Source of the DNA: Candidatus Hydrogenedens sp. | GTDB taxonomy: Bacteria > Hydrogenedentota > Hydrogenedentia > Hydrogenedentales > Hydrogenedentaceae | DNA: 64,000 nucleotides | Assembly: GCA_049968235.1 (NCBI GenBank) | Contig: JBMFRC010000010.1 | Location: 1-64,000 of the forward strand | Direction of reading: 5' to 3' | In this document: positions 10,424-20,964 of the stretch, piece by piece | Layout: the number at the start of each line of letters is the position of its first letter | How positions within the stretch are numbered: the stretch's first letter is position 1 | Translations under genes and position numbers: made by a program | The notes under the pieces: generated by a model | What the model was told of the DNA's origin: nothing | Seen by the model: only the letters and a program-made list of their open reading frames with translations | Database searches by the model: none

Positions 10424-11644
10424 ATGACACATCGAGAACGAGTAATACATGCTTTAAATTTTTTAAAAACGGACCGTATTCCTATGGATTTAGGAGGGAT
10501 GGATTCCACAGGAATAAGTGCTTTTACATATCCGCATTTAATTCAATTTTTAGGATTAAAGGAAAGAATTCCTTATGTTCATGATACAGGACAAATGCTC
10601 GCTTTGCCGGACTTAGATGTTCTCGATGTTCTGGACTGTGATGTTATAACCGTGAGAATGGGATTTGCCAATGGTTATATCGATGATAATCAATGGGAAT
10701 ATTTTGATTTTGGGGGTAGATTACCTGCAAAAGTTATTAAAGCATCTCGATTTAAGATTTTAGAAGATGGAACTGTTATTCAACCCGAATATGGTTTAAG
10801 AATGCCCCCGGATTCGTATGTATTTGACTCTGAACATGGTGGACAACCTGTTTTTTTTGATAACGAATTGCCGAAACTTGATTTAGGAAAGATAAAGGAG
10901 GATTTGTTTAAACAAAAATTGAGTGATGAAACAATAAAAAGAGTATCGGAAATATGTAAAAAAGTGTATAAAGAAACAGACCGGGCTCTTTTTTTAAATG
11001 GTCCAATGTTAGGAATTGGTATTGGGAATTTCGGAGGGGTAGGTTATTTCCCATTACTATGTTTAACTGAGGAAGAAAAAGTAAAAGAATTACATGAACT
11101 TTTGTTAAATCACGCTATCTCAGAACTGGATAAATTACTTCCACATGTAAAAGATTACATACATATCTATATGTGTAATGCAGATGATTGGGGAACACAA
11201 AACAATCTTATCGCTTCTCCGGATATATTTAAACGGTTATTTCTCCCTTATTATAAAGAGTTTAATAAATACATACATACAAAAGCACCCCACATCAAAA
11301 CTTTTTTACATAGTTGCGGTGCGGTTTACGATTTATTAGATTCCTTTATCAAATGTGGATTTGACATACTAAACCCTGTTCAGTGGACTGCAGGTACATA
11401 TACTTATCATGAATGGAAAAGAAAATGTGAAGGTAGATTAGTTTTATGGGGCGGTGGAATTAATACTCAAAAGACACTTCCATTGGGGAATAAAGAAGAT
11501 ATTGTGAAACAGGTCTCTGAGATTGTATCCGTGTTTTCCAGTGGAAGTGGTTATGTGTTTTGTTCAATCCATAACATTCTTGCAGAAATCGAGCCATGGA
11601 AAATAAAAACAATATATGAAACTGCACAATCCATAAATGTATAA
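10424..11644 (+). CDS. Uroporphyrinogen decarboxylase (URO-D)-like family protein, possibly a MtaA/CmuA-type methyltransferase-like enzyme
   Basis: The N-terminus MTHRERVIHALNFLKTDRIPMDLGG resembles the URO-D/MtaA family start (MT.RERV..AL.....DR.P). 406 aa. The specific function is not inferable from the sequence. Confidence 0.45.
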   Translation: MTHRERVIHALNFLKTDRIPMDLGGMDSTGISAFTYPHLIQFLGLKERIPYVHDTGQMLALPDLDVLDVLDCDVITVRMGFANGYIDDNQWEYFDFGGRLPAKVIKASRFKILEDGTVIQPEYGLRMPPDSYVFDSEHGGQPVFFDNELPKLDLGKIKEDLFKQKLSDETIKRVSEICKKVYKETDRALFLNGPMLGIGIGNFGGVGYFPLLCLTEEEKVKELHELLLNHAISELDKLLPHVKDYIHIYMCNADDWGTQNNLIASPDIFKRLFLPYYKEFNKYIHTKAPHIKTFLHSCGAVYDLLDSFIKCGFDILNPVQWTAGTYTYHEWKRKCEGRLVLWGGGINTQKTLPLGNKEDIVKQVSEIVSVFSSGSGYVFCSIHNILAEIEPWKIKTIYETAQSINV

Positions 11645-11695
11645 ACATTGTATATAAATTTAGTTAACATTAGAAACAAGAAAAGCGTTTTATAA

Positions 11696-12289
11696 ATGAA
11701 CAACAAAAAAATAAACTTTGAATCATGCTCCGATGAAGATTTAGCCATTCTCTGGAAGGATGGTAACTTAAATGCGTTCGAAGAAATTGTTCGTAGGTAT
11801 CAAGGAAAAGTTTATGCTACTGCTTATCGGGTAACCGGTAATCGAGAGGATGCTCTGGATGTGACACAGGAAGTTCTGGTCAAAGCATACGAGAAAATAA
11901 ATCAATGGGAACCACGAGGTTCTTTCCTACCCTGGCTTTTAAGGTTAGCGGTGAATCGTTCTATAGATTATCTCCGGAAAAGAAAAAGAACCACCCATGA
12001 GAGTTTAAATGAAGGAATTGCTAAAGTTAGTGAAGATGAGATACACCACATTGCTTCGCCTACAAATCCCCTCGAATTGTCCCGTGCCAGAGAAATTGAT
12101 GAAAAAATAAAAAAAGCTTTGACCAAATTATCAAAAACACAACAAACGGTCTTTGTGTTAAGGCATTATCAGGGTTATTCTTTGAATGAAATTGCGGAAC
12201 ATTTAGGGTGTACCGTTGGCAGTGTAAAAGTTCATTTGTTTCGGGCATTACAAAAATTAAGAAATGAATTAGGGAAATTGGAATTATGA
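11696..12289 (+). CDS. ECF (sigma-70 family, group 4) RNA polymerase sigma factor
   Basis: Region 2 (DALDVTQEVLVKAYEKINQWEPRGSFLPWLLRLAVNRSIDYLRKR) and region 4 HTH (YQGYSLNEIAEHLGCTVGSVKVHLFRALQKLR). 197 aa. The 3' end overlaps the next gene by 4 nt. Confidence 0.8.
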   Translation: MNNKKINFESCSDEDLAILWKDGNLNAFEEIVRRYQGKVYATAYRVTGNREDALDVTQEVLVKAYEKINQWEPRGSFLPWLLRLAVNRSIDYLRKRKRTTHESLNEGIAKVSEDEIHHIASPTNPLELSRAREIDEKIKKALTKLSKTQQTVFVLRHYQGYSLNEIAEHLGCTVGSVKVHLFRALQKLRNELGKLEL

Positions 12290-13365
12290 AAGTAGAAATG
12301 AATTCATGGCTTTACTGCATATTTAATTCATGCAGTTACTATGAAAAATTAATTGCTTCTGCATGTTGTGATGAAATAAGTGATAAAGAACTGTCCGAAT
12401 TACAAAAGCACACAGAACACTGTGAAAGATGCAAAGAGAAATATAATGATTTAATCCTTTTTTCTCAGCAGATTAACCATGTCAAAAATATTTTAAGTGT
12501 CACCGTAATTCCGGAAAATATAAATGTTATTCCCTATGTATTAGATAAAGTATCCGAAAAAAGAAATAAAACAACTTCTTTGCTTCAACCTAAATTAAAA
12601 CTTGCATATAGCCTTGGAATTATCTGCCTCATTTTCATATCTATCCTTGCAAGTATATTTATTTTACAAACACGGTATAATAAAGGAAATAATTTTGCTT
12701 CGTTTACTTCTTTAGTATCTCCTATTAAGGAAACGGTTGCTTCGTATGAGGGTCCATTAGAAAAGCAAAAAGACAAATTAAGAGAAATTATTAAGAAAAA
12801 TAGTGGTCAGTCTATTGCGGGGCAGGCACTCCTTCTTTTAGCCGATTTGGAATATTCTTCTTCAGAACATTACGAAGAAGCATATCGCTTATATTCTCAA
12901 TTAAGAGATAACTATCCTCATATTTTCTCTTCTACACCGGAAGCAGTATATCGGTATAACCTTTTAGAAGAGACCAAAAGAGAAAACTTCAAACCACTAT
13001 ATACCTTGAATTCCGCTCTGGCAAGTAGTGACAATCCAATTAAGCAATTAGAAAAGATAGTAGCCAATTATCCGGGAACAATGGTTGCCAATTTGGCTGT
13101 ATCTTCAATGGTCGATTGTTTAAGCGATTCAAATGGTATGCAAAATTCGGAAAAGACAGTGAAAGCATTGGAAAACTTGAAGGAATACTTAACAGAACCG
13201 ACCGCTATTGCCCATGTTAATTATGTTCTGGGAAACCTTTATTGGAATCAGATGAGAGATTTAGAAAAAGCAAGGACATCGTTCCAATCTGTCATTCATT
13301 CTGAATCGAAACAATTATATCCTCTTGCAAATGAGGCGTTAACACAACTTGTATCCTCACCGTAA
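12286..13365 (+). CDS. Putative anti-sigma factor: zf-HC2-like N-terminus, one TM helix, extracytoplasmic TPR-like domain
   Basis: Translationally coupled to the ECF sigma gene (ATGA overlap). His/Cys cluster HTEHCERCKEKY. Hydrophobic segment LAYSLGIICLIFISILASIFIL. The rest is helical-repeat-like. Confidence 0.5.
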   Translation: MKVEMNSWLYCIFNSCSYYEKLIASACCDEISDKELSELQKHTEHCERCKEKYNDLILFSQQINHVKNILSVTVIPENINVIPYVLDKVSEKRNKTTSLLQPKLKLAYSLGIICLIFISILASIFILQTRYNKGNNFASFTSLVSPIKETVASYEGPLEKQKDKLREIIKKNSGQSIAGQALLLLADLEYSSSEHYEEAYRLYSQLRDNYPHIFSSTPEAVYRYNLLEETKRENFKPLYTLNSALASSDNPIKQLEKIVANYPGTMVANLAVSSMVDCLSDSNGMQNSEKTVKALENLKEYLTEPTAIAHVNYVLGNLYWNQMRDLEKARTSFQSVIHSESKQLYPLANEALTQLVSSP

Positions 13366-13458
13366 TATCGTATATTTTCTATTTCCCTTCTTAAATATTT
13401 CTTTGCTTATAATTGTATCATCAGGTAATATATTAATAAATAAGGAACTCTTTTTGTC

Positions 13459-15192
13459 ATGATAGAACCCAAAGGTTTTGAAAAGCAATTTATAAAAGAA
13501 GGTATTATTAGCGAAGAACAGGCAAAAAAAATCCGAGAAGAGGCTAATGAAAAAGGACTACCTATAAGCCAGATTTTAATACAAAAAGGAATAACAACAG
13601 AGGAAACTGTCTATTCGATTTTAGCCAATTATTGTGGCCTTAATTTCGTTATCGTATCAAAAACAGAAGTGCCTCAGGAACTAATAAAATCTGTTCCCGC
13701 TCGTTTCGCTACGCACTATGAATTTGTTCCCATAAAAGAAAAAAATAATACCTTAGTTGTTGCTATTTCTGACCCTCTTAACGCAGGTTTATTGGATGAT
13801 ATTCGACTTGTATTAAAGAAAAGGATTGAACCTGTAGTAACAACACCTAAAGAAATTCAACGAGCCATTAAAGAATATTACGGTGTAGGAGCAGACACTG
13901 TTGAAAGAATTTTAGTCAGTGAGGAACATACAGGAGAAGAGGTTAATTTAGAATCTACCGCAATTAGTGCTAATTTAGGCGATGAAACCATAGATGCATC
14001 AATAATTAAATTTGTAAATGAGTTAATCGTTGAAGCAATTCGAGCAGAAGCAACAGATATTCACATTGAACCCTATGACGACTATTTACGTGTTCGTTTT
14101 CGTATAGATGGTATTTTACATACGGTCCCCACACCACCCTCTATACGTAATTTCCATTCTTCTATCGTTTCACGAATAAAGATTATGGCAAATTTAAATA
14201 TTGCCGAAAAAAGATTACCTCAGGATGGGAAAATTCTGGCAAATTTAGGTGATGGTAAATATGATTTACGTGTCTCAATCCTACCAACTCCTCATGGAGA
14301 AACAATAAATATCCGAATTTTATCGAGAACTTCTATGTTCCTTTCTCTGGATAAACTGGGCTTTTCAAATGATGATATTAAACTGTTTAATTCTTTTATT
14401 ACGAAACCTTATGGAATTATCCTGGTCACAGGTCCAACAGGTAGTGGTAAAACGACAACCCTTTATGCTGCATTAGATAAACTCAATCGAACAGACCGAA
14501 AAATTATAACCATAGAGGATCCAATTGAATATCAAATGCCGGGTATTACACAAATGCAGGTTCATCCACGTATCGGTTTCGATTTTGCTACCGGTTTACG
14601 TTCTATGCTTCGTCATGACCCGGATATTATGCTTGTCGGAGAAATTCGTGATTATGAAACGGCAGAAATGGCTATCCGTTCCAGTTTAACAGGACATCTG
14701 GTTTTAAGTACCTTGCACACAAACGATGCACCCGGAGCAGTAACCCGGTTAATTGATATGGGTGTAGAACCGTTTCTTATATCAAGCACGATGATTGCAT
14801 CAATGGCTCAAAGACTTGTCCGTAAAATCTGTAATGAATGTAAAACAAAGGACAATCCTGACCCTTATATATTAGAAGCTGAATTTGGTTATAAAAATAA
14901 AGATAACAACATAGTATTTCACAAAGGGAATGGCTGTGAACATTGTCGTTCTACAGGATATCGGGGAAGAATGGCAATTTGTGAAATTATGCCCTTTTCC
15001 CCTGTAATTAAAGAGTTAACTGTTCAAAGGGCTACTTCTGTTGCCATAAAGAAGCAAGCGTTATCCGAAGGCATGAAAACATTAAGAGCATCCGGCTGGC
15101 AGAGAATTATTGAAGGTTTGACTACTGTAGAGGAGGTACTACGGGTAACGGCTGATGCTGAAATTATGGAGGGGAGTCATGCCAACATTTGA
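13459..15192 (+). CDS. GspE/PilB-family secretion ATPase (type II secretion / type IV pilus assembly)
   Basis: N-terminal GspE_N-like domain. Walker A GPTGSGKTTTL. Asp/His boxes. Tetracysteine motif CNECK...CEHCRSTGYRGR. 577 aa. Confidence 0.8.
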   Translation: MIEPKGFEKQFIKEGIISEEQAKKIREEANEKGLPISQILIQKGITTEETVYSILANYCGLNFVIVSKTEVPQELIKSVPARFATHYEFVPIKEKNNTLVVAISDPLNAGLLDDIRLVLKKRIEPVVTTPKEIQRAIKEYYGVGADTVERILVSEEHTGEEVNLESTAISANLGDETIDASIIKFVNELIVEAIRAEATDIHIEPYDDYLRVRFRIDGILHTVPTPPSIRNFHSSIVSRIKIMANLNIAEKRLPQDGKILANLGDGKYDLRVSILPTPHGETINIRILSRTSMFLSLDKLGFSNDDIKLFNSFITKPYGIILVTGPTGSGKTTTLYAALDKLNRTDRKIITIEDPIEYQMPGITQMQVHPRIGFDFATGLRSMLRHDPDIMLVGEIRDYETAEMAIRSSLTGHLVLSTLHTNDAPGAVTRLIDMGVEPFLISSTMIASMAQRLVRKICNECKTKDNPDPYILEAEFGYKNKDNNIVFHKGNGCEHCRSTGYRGRMAICEIMPFSPVIKELTVQRATSVAIKKQALSEGMKTLRASGWQRIIEGLTTVEEVLRVTADAEIMEGSHANI

Positions 15193-16411
15193 ATATGAGG
15201 TAAAAAAAGGACCAACAGAGATTATTAAAGGCAAAATTGATGCAGAGTCCCGAAAATCAGCTGTAAGTCGCCTTCGCGAATTAGGATATTTCCCCCTAAA
15301 AGTTGAAGAAGTTTATTCTGCAAGTTCAAATGAAAAAAAAGAAAAGAAAAAAATTACACTATCCAACTGGGATAGAATTAAATTAAAAGATAGAAATGTT
15401 TTTCTTCGGCAATTGGCAAATCTTTTTGAATCAGGAATGGTTCTTACTCGTGCTTTAAGAACTATTATCGAACAAACTCCCAACCGGGCAATGGTAAAAG
15501 TTGTGGAACAAATTTACGAAGATGTCCAGAAAGGAAGTAATCTGGCCGATGCTTTTGAAAAACACCCCGGGATATTTTCTCCAATGTATTGCAGTATGGT
15601 TCGCGCAGGTGAAACAGGTGGAATGTTAGATGAAGTACTGTGGAGAATAGTCGCTTTTAGCGAGCAAGAAGAGGAATTACGGGGAAAGGTAATTTCTGCA
15701 CTAATCTATCCCCTTTTCTTATTAATCGTTGGAAGCATAGCCATTTTTATTCTGGTCTCTTTTGTATTCCCTAAATTTATTGCTGTTTTTGAAGATTTTA
15801 ATGCTCAATTACCCCTACCGACTATCATTGTTATGAAATTTTGTGGTTTTATGGGGACATGGTGGTGGGCAGTTCTTTTAGCCGGAATTCTATTTGTATT
15901 AGCCATGTATTCTTACTTTAAAACAAGCGAAGGGAAAAGGCAAAAGGATACCTTTTTATTAAAATTTCCTGTGGTCGGTGGGGTTATCCAGAAATATGAA
16001 ATGGCAAAGTTTGCACGAACATTTGGAACGCTTATGGATAATGGAGTTCCTGTTCTAACTGCCTTAAGAATTACCGCAGAAACGATGACTAATGCAGTAA
16101 TTCAAGAAGAAGTTCAAGCTACTCATGAATTAGTAAAAGAAGGTGAAAGTATAAGTGACAGCCTAAAAAAATCTCCTCATTTTCCTCCTATTGTTGTTAG
16201 TATGTTTGCTGTGGGTGAAGAAAGTGGTAGAATCGGTGTTATTGCTAAAAGGATTGCTGATGCATACGATATAGAAGTAGATAGAGCAGTTAAAGCAATG
16301 GTTACTTTATTTGAGCCTACTTTGATTGTTATTATGGGTGTAATCATAGGTTTCCTTGTTATCGCAATGCTATTACCTATGCTAACATTAAGTTCTGCTA
16401 TTGGAACATAA
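15179..16411 (+). CDS. GspF/PilC-family inner-membrane platform protein
   Basis: Two repeated T2SSF domains with three TM segments. The most plausible start is the ATG at 15179 (MPTFEYEV) preceded by GGAGGGG; the track ORF began at 15155. Confidence 0.75.
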   Translation: MPTFEYEVKKGPTEIIKGKIDAESRKSAVSRLRELGYFPLKVEEVYSASSNEKKEKKKITLSNWDRIKLKDRNVFLRQLANLFESGMVLTRALRTIIEQTPNRAMVKVVEQIYEDVQKGSNLADAFEKHPGIFSPMYCSMVRAGETGGMLDEVLWRIVAFSEQEEELRGKVISALIYPLFLLIVGSIAIFILVSFVFPKFIAVFEDFNAQLPLPTIIVMKFCGFMGTWWWAVLLAGILFVLAMYSYFKTSEGKRQKDTFLLKFPVVGGVIQKYEMAKFARTFGTLMDNGVPVLTALRITAETMTNAVIQEEVQATHELVKEGESISDSLKKSPHFPPIVVSMFAVGEESGRIGVIAKRIADAYDIEVDRAVKAMVTLFEPTLIVIMGVIIGFLVIAMLLPMLTLSSAIGT

Positions 16412-16437
16412 AATTAAAATCTCAAAAAGGGTGTCAT

Positions 16438-19233
16438 ATGCTTAAATTTTTGTTTTACATATCACTTTTATTATTGTTTACATCGTTTTCAATAGTTGCA
16501 GATGACCTCTCCCCTATTATTCCGTATGACCTTCGTTGTGAATACTTAAAGGAACCTGTAGGTATTGATACTTTAAATCCCTGTTTAACATGGAAATTAA
16601 AAAATAATTCTTTAGAAAAAGGTATTTTCCAAACGGCATATAGAATCATTGTTGCTTCAAATCTTGATAAGATAAATCAAAATGAAGGGGACTTATGGGA
16701 TTCAGGAAGAGTCAATCAAAATAATTTACAAATTAAATATGAAGGGCATTCATTAGAACCCGGTATGAAAGTTTGGTGGAAAGTATGTGTTTGGGACCAA
16801 AAAAACCGTATTTCTGAATTTAGCGAACCTTCATCCTGGGAAATGGGGTTAATCTCTGACAACAATTGGACTGCTAATTGGATTGAACCTCCAGAGGAAA
16901 TATATCCCAGAAAAATGAATGATAAAGAAATTTTTAATTTTAATCCCGCTTTATTGTTCCGAAAAGTTTTTCCTATAGATAAAAACATTGAAAAAGCGAG
17001 GTTATATATAACCGGATTAGGTTATTACGAATGCTATATAAATGGGATGCGAATTGGGGACCATCAATTGGACCCTGCCTGGACAAATTTTAGCAAAAAG
17101 GTTTTTTATTCTGTATATGATGTTACAAAATTTATCGCTACGGGTGATAATGTTATCGGAGTACAGGTAGGTTCAGGCTGGTATAACCCATTACCATTAA
17201 AAATGTGGAAAAGATTTAATCTTAGAGAATATTTAACGGTTGGTATTCCTAAAGTTAAAGCAATGTTAGTAATATACACAAAAAATGGTGAAAAAATAAC
17301 ATTAAACACAGATGAAAACTGGAAAGTAACCTTATCCCCAATTGTAAAAAATAATATATATTTAGGTGAAGAATACGACGGCACAAAAGAACCAACGGGT
17401 TGGATTGAGAATATACAGTTTGATGACTCAAAATGGAAAAATGCTACTATTGCCAAAAATATAAACTTAGGAAAATTATTATCACAGCCTATACCTCCTA
17501 TTAAAATAGGTGAAAGGTATTTACCATTTAATATAAAGAAAATTTCTGAAAATAAATGTCTTGTGGATTTTGGACAGAATCTATCAGGCAGGATTTTTAT
17601 GAAAGTTAAAGGAACATATGGGCAAAAAATACTGGTAAGGTATGGAGAATTGTTGTATCCCGATGGAAACTTAAATCCGATGACATCCGTCTGGGGACAA
17701 ATTAAAAATTACCAAATACCTGAACTTTCAGAAGAACCGTTTACAGCAGAACAGAAAGACATTTTTATATTAAAAGGAGAAGGTGTAGAGACTCTAACCA
17801 CCCATTTTACTTATCATGGGTTCCGTTACGCAGAAATAAATGGTATAAATGATATTTCGTCTATAGAAGAAATGTATGCAGAACGTCTTCATACCGCTGT
17901 GGAAAGAGACGGACATTTTGAATCATCGGAAGTTTTACTAAATCTTATCCAAAAAATGTGCAATGAAACATTGTTAAGTAATTTACATAGCGTCCAGACG
18001 GATTGTCCTCATCGTGAAAAATTTGGTTATGGTGGAGATATTGTATCCACCAGTGAGTTTGCTATTTTCAATTACGATATGTCCGCATTTTATAGGAAAG
18101 TAGTTAGAGACTTCGCTGATGAAATTCGTAGCAATGGTGGTTTTACAGAAACGGCACCCTTTGTAGGTATTGCAGATTGCGGGTTTGGAGAAGGGAGTGG
18201 ACCTATTGCCTGGGGTTCTGTCCATCCTATATTACTATGGCATTTATATCAATATTATGGTGATAAAACGATTGTTCAAGAGCAATACCCATACTCTAAA
18301 AAATGGTTTGAATTATTAGTAAAAAGTGCAGACGATGGGATAATCAAACAATGTATTGGAGACCATGAAAGTATCGTTGATAAACAGGTGGAAGTCAGCG
18401 CTACCGCTTATTATTACTTAAATGCGATTTTATTGGGAAAATTATCCGCTATATTAAACCTACAGGAAGATAGCAAATACTATCAAAAAATGGCTGAGGA
18501 AATTAAGAACAAATTTAATAATAAATTCTTTAATCCAGCCGAAGGGAAAATAGGCATTGGTTCTCAGGCAAATCAAGCCCTTTACCACGCTTTTTCTATG
18601 GGAACACCTGACCAATTAACTATGGCTGGAAATTACCTTATCCATGATGTAATATCACGAAATAATAAACTGACCACAGGAATCTTTGGAACGAAATATC
18701 TTCTTAGCACACTTTGCGAATTGGATAGACAGGACTTAGCCTATAACATTGTAATGCAAAAAGAATGTCCCGGTTGGAGATTTATGTTAGAAAACGGAGC
18801 CACTACATTATGGGAACACTGGGAATTTAGTGATAACACTTTTTCTCATAATCATCCTATGTTTGGGTCTATAAGTGAGTGGTTTTATAAATATGTCGGT
18901 GGTATTTCCCCTTCGGACTCTGCCTGTGGTTTTGATAAGATAATTGTTAAACCAATGTTTTTATTACCCATCCAAAAAGTAAATTGTTCTTATAATAGTG
19001 TCCGGGGTAAGATTATCTCACAATGGGAAAAGAAAGACAATGAAATTTACTGGTATTTGCAACTACCTCCTAATACTGAGGGAACTGTTGTACTTCCCCA
19101 TATACTTAAGAAAATAATTGTAGATGAACATGAATTACTTAATAGTACGGGTATATTTGACTATAAAGAAGAAGAAAACAAAATAAAATTCAAAATACAA
19201 AACGGCAATTACAATTTTAAATTATCAAGTTGA
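16438..19233 (+). CDS. Alpha-L-rhamnosidase, glycoside hydrolase family 78, secreted
   Basis: 931 aa with a signal peptide. GH78 catalytic-domain signature DCPHREKFGYGGD (compare DCPxRERxGWxGD). The N-terminal beta-sandwich domains and C-terminal domain organisation fit Bac_rhamnosid. Confidence 0.7.
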   Translation: MLKFLFYISLLLLFTSFSIVADDLSPIIPYDLRCEYLKEPVGIDTLNPCLTWKLKNNSLEKGIFQTAYRIIVASNLDKINQNEGDLWDSGRVNQNNLQIKYEGHSLEPGMKVWWKVCVWDQKNRISEFSEPSSWEMGLISDNNWTANWIEPPEEIYPRKMNDKEIFNFNPALLFRKVFPIDKNIEKARLYITGLGYYECYINGMRIGDHQLDPAWTNFSKKVFYSVYDVTKFIATGDNVIGVQVGSGWYNPLPLKMWKRFNLREYLTVGIPKVKAMLVIYTKNGEKITLNTDENWKVTLSPIVKNNIYLGEEYDGTKEPTGWIENIQFDDSKWKNATIAKNINLGKLLSQPIPPIKIGERYLPFNIKKISENKCLVDFGQNLSGRIFMKVKGTYGQKILVRYGELLYPDGNLNPMTSVWGQIKNYQIPELSEEPFTAEQKDIFILKGEGVETLTTHFTYHGFRYAEINGINDISSIEEMYAERLHTAVERDGHFESSEVLLNLIQKMCNETLLSNLHSVQTDCPHREKFGYGGDIVSTSEFAIFNYDMSAFYRKVVRDFADEIRSNGGFTETAPFVGIADCGFGEGSGPIAWGSVHPILLWHLYQYYGDKTIVQEQYPYSKKWFELLVKSADDGIIKQCIGDHESIVDKQVEVSATAYYYLNAILLGKLSAILNLQEDSKYYQKMAEEIKNKFNNKFFNPAEGKIGIGSQANQALYHAFSMGTPDQLTMAGNYLIHDVISRNNKLTTGIFGTKYLLSTLCELDRQDLAYNIVMQKECPGWRFMLENGATTLWEHWEFSDNTFSHNHPMFGSISEWFYKYVGGISPSDSACGFDKIIVKPMFLLPIQKVNCSYNSVRGKIISQWEKKDNEIYWYLQLPPNTEGTVVLPHILKKIIVDEHELLNSTGIFDYKEEENKIKFKIQNGNYNFKLSS

Positions 19234-19267
19234 TTTAAGTTAAAAAGTAAAAATTTCAAATCGAACT

Positions 19268-19699
19268 TTATTCTTTTTTTGTTCCAATTAAGCCATCAAT
19301 AACAAGTTTTTTGCCATCCCACATACCCGTTTTTATCATACCTAAAACCATTATTTCTATGACACCATCATCATATAATTTATATTCCGCTTCTATTCCT
19401 TTTGGAGATAATTTGTTAACTACCCCCCCTTTTATGTGTAATTTATCTTTACTCAAAAATCTTATATCAAATTCCTCAAATCGCCAAAATGTGCCAATCA
19501 AACCTTTATGAAGTTCATTTAGATGCTCATTATTAATGACTTCTTCCCCCCCGTCAATTTCTTTCTGATTATATGTTCCTGCGGAGGGTAGTAATGGTTC
19601 TGTCTTTATATCTTCCACATTCTCTTTATCCTGGTTACATCCCGTAATAAGCCCTAAAAGACTTAATAATAAACAAAAAAATTTCATTATTTTTTTCAT
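19268..19699 (-). CDS. Small hypothetical lipoprotein
   Basis: Signal peptide with lipobox LLGLITGC. 143 aa. No recognisable catalytic motif. Confidence 0.5.
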   Translation of the reverse strand: MKKIMKFFCLLLSLLGLITGCNQDKENVEDIKTEPLLPSAGTYNQKEIDGGEEVINNEHLNELHKGLIGTFWRFEEFDIRFLSKDKLHIKGGVVNKLSPKGIEAEYKLYDDGVIEIMVLGMIKTGMWDGKKLVIDGLIGTKKE

Positions 19700-19722
19700 C
19701 TATTCATTCCTTAACTAAGATT

Positions 19723-20871
19723 TTATCTACTCATACAATCTAATAGTCTTCTTCCTATTTCATTATTTAAATAAAAACCTCTGGGTGTAGGTTTATATCT
19801 GCCATGATTATACTCTAAAAATCCATTTTCAATCAGGTTATTTAATGCGATACCAAAATCTTTGTCAATATAAGTGGAAAATCTATTGAAATAAGTTTTT
19901 TCATGGATTCCCTCAGAAAGTCTAAAATATTGAATTAAAGTTTCTAACTTTATCTCTTTATCTGTTAAATACTCCATTTCCTCTTTTTTGCCTGGATATT
20001 TTATATATTCTTCTATACTTGGGCTATTGGAACATCGTAAATTATCTATAAAAGAGAAAGCCCCTGTTCCTACCCCTAAATAATACTCATTATGCCAGTA
20101 GATTAAATTATGAATACATTGATAATCCTTTTTTGCAAAATTGGAGATTTCATAATGTTCGTAACCGTTTGATTTTAGATACATTTCAGCATATTTATAT
20201 AAATCGAGACAAAAATCATCATCGGGCTTGTTTTTTATTTCCTTCTTATATAAAGAGGTTCCTTCTTCAAATGTTAAATTATAAGTTGATATGTGTTTAG
20301 GATTTAAATCAACAGCAATTTTTAAACTTTCTTTCCATTTATCCATAGTTTGGAATGGAATTCCAAATATAAGGTCAAGACTCCAATTATCAAAATAAGT
20401 TGAAATTATCTTACATGCATCTATTGCTTTTTTGGCATTATGTCTCCTCCCTAAATATTTTAGTTCTTCGTCAAAAAATGATTGAATACCTATGCTAATT
20501 CTATTTATCCCTAAATCTTTTAGTTTCTTTATCCATATTTCATTTATATCATCCGGATTTACTTCAATTGTAATTTCGGGTGAAATGAATTTAAATAATT
20601 TATTTACATGTGTAATAATAGTAGCAATTTGTTGAACTTTTAATAAGGACGGAGTACCACCCCCTATGTAAATACTTTTTACTGTAATTTGAAATGGATT
20701 ATTTCCCATTTCATTAATTAAAGAAAGTATATAATTATCATGAACATTTCCATTTATAGGTATGCTTAAAAAATCGCAGTATTCACATTTCTTTTTGCAA
20801 AATGGGATATGAATGTAAATCCCTATTTCTTGCAGGTGCTTGTTTTTTAATAATTCTATGCTCGTTGTCAT
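19723..20871 (-). CDS. hemW: Radical SAM family heme chaperone HemW / oxygen-independent coproporphyrinogen-III oxidase-like protein
   Basis: CxxxCxxC radical SAM motif IHIPFCKKKCEYCDF, glycine-rich SAM-binding region and HemN_C-like C-terminus. The track ORF extends to 20907. The second ATG (MTTSIE, at 20871) is preferred because a TATAAT lies inside the 5' extension, so the start is uncertain. Confidence 0.7.
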   Translation of the reverse strand: MTTSIELLKNKHLQEIGIYIHIPFCKKKCEYCDFLSIPINGNVHDNYILSLINEMGNNPFQITVKSIYIGGGTPSLLKVQQIATIITHVNKLFKFISPEITIEVNPDDINEIWIKKLKDLGINRISIGIQSFFDEELKYLGRRHNAKKAIDACKIISTYFDNWSLDLIFGIPFQTMDKWKESLKIAVDLNPKHISTYNLTFEEGTSLYKKEIKNKPDDDFCLDLYKYAEMYLKSNGYEHYEISNFAKKDYQCIHNLIYWHNEYYLGVGTGAFSFIDNLRCSNSPSIEEYIKYPGKKEEMEYLTDKEIKLETLIQYFRLSEGIHEKTYFNRFSTYIDKDFGIALNNLIENGFLEYNHGRYKPTPRGFYLNNEIGRRLLDCMSR

Positions 20872-20964
20872 TTTTCTGTTCCATACAGATATTATATTAT
20901 AATACATTCAGGAAATTATAAAAAGAATAGTTTTGTTTATTGAAATTCAAAAAGAGGTTATAAT

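Noticed and set aside
11645-11695. ECF-type autoregulatory promoter upstream of the sigma factor gene (GAAAC...CGT)
   Set aside because: The GAAAC and CGT elements are only about 8 nt apart, whereas ECF promoters need a spacing of about 16-17 nt, so there is no convincing match.
15155-15178. Longer N-terminus for the GspF/PilC gene (track start 15155)
   Set aside because: The ATG at 15179 is preceded by a strong GGAGGGG Shine-Dalgarno and yields a conventional GspF N-terminus. The upstream extension would overlap 38 nt of gspE.
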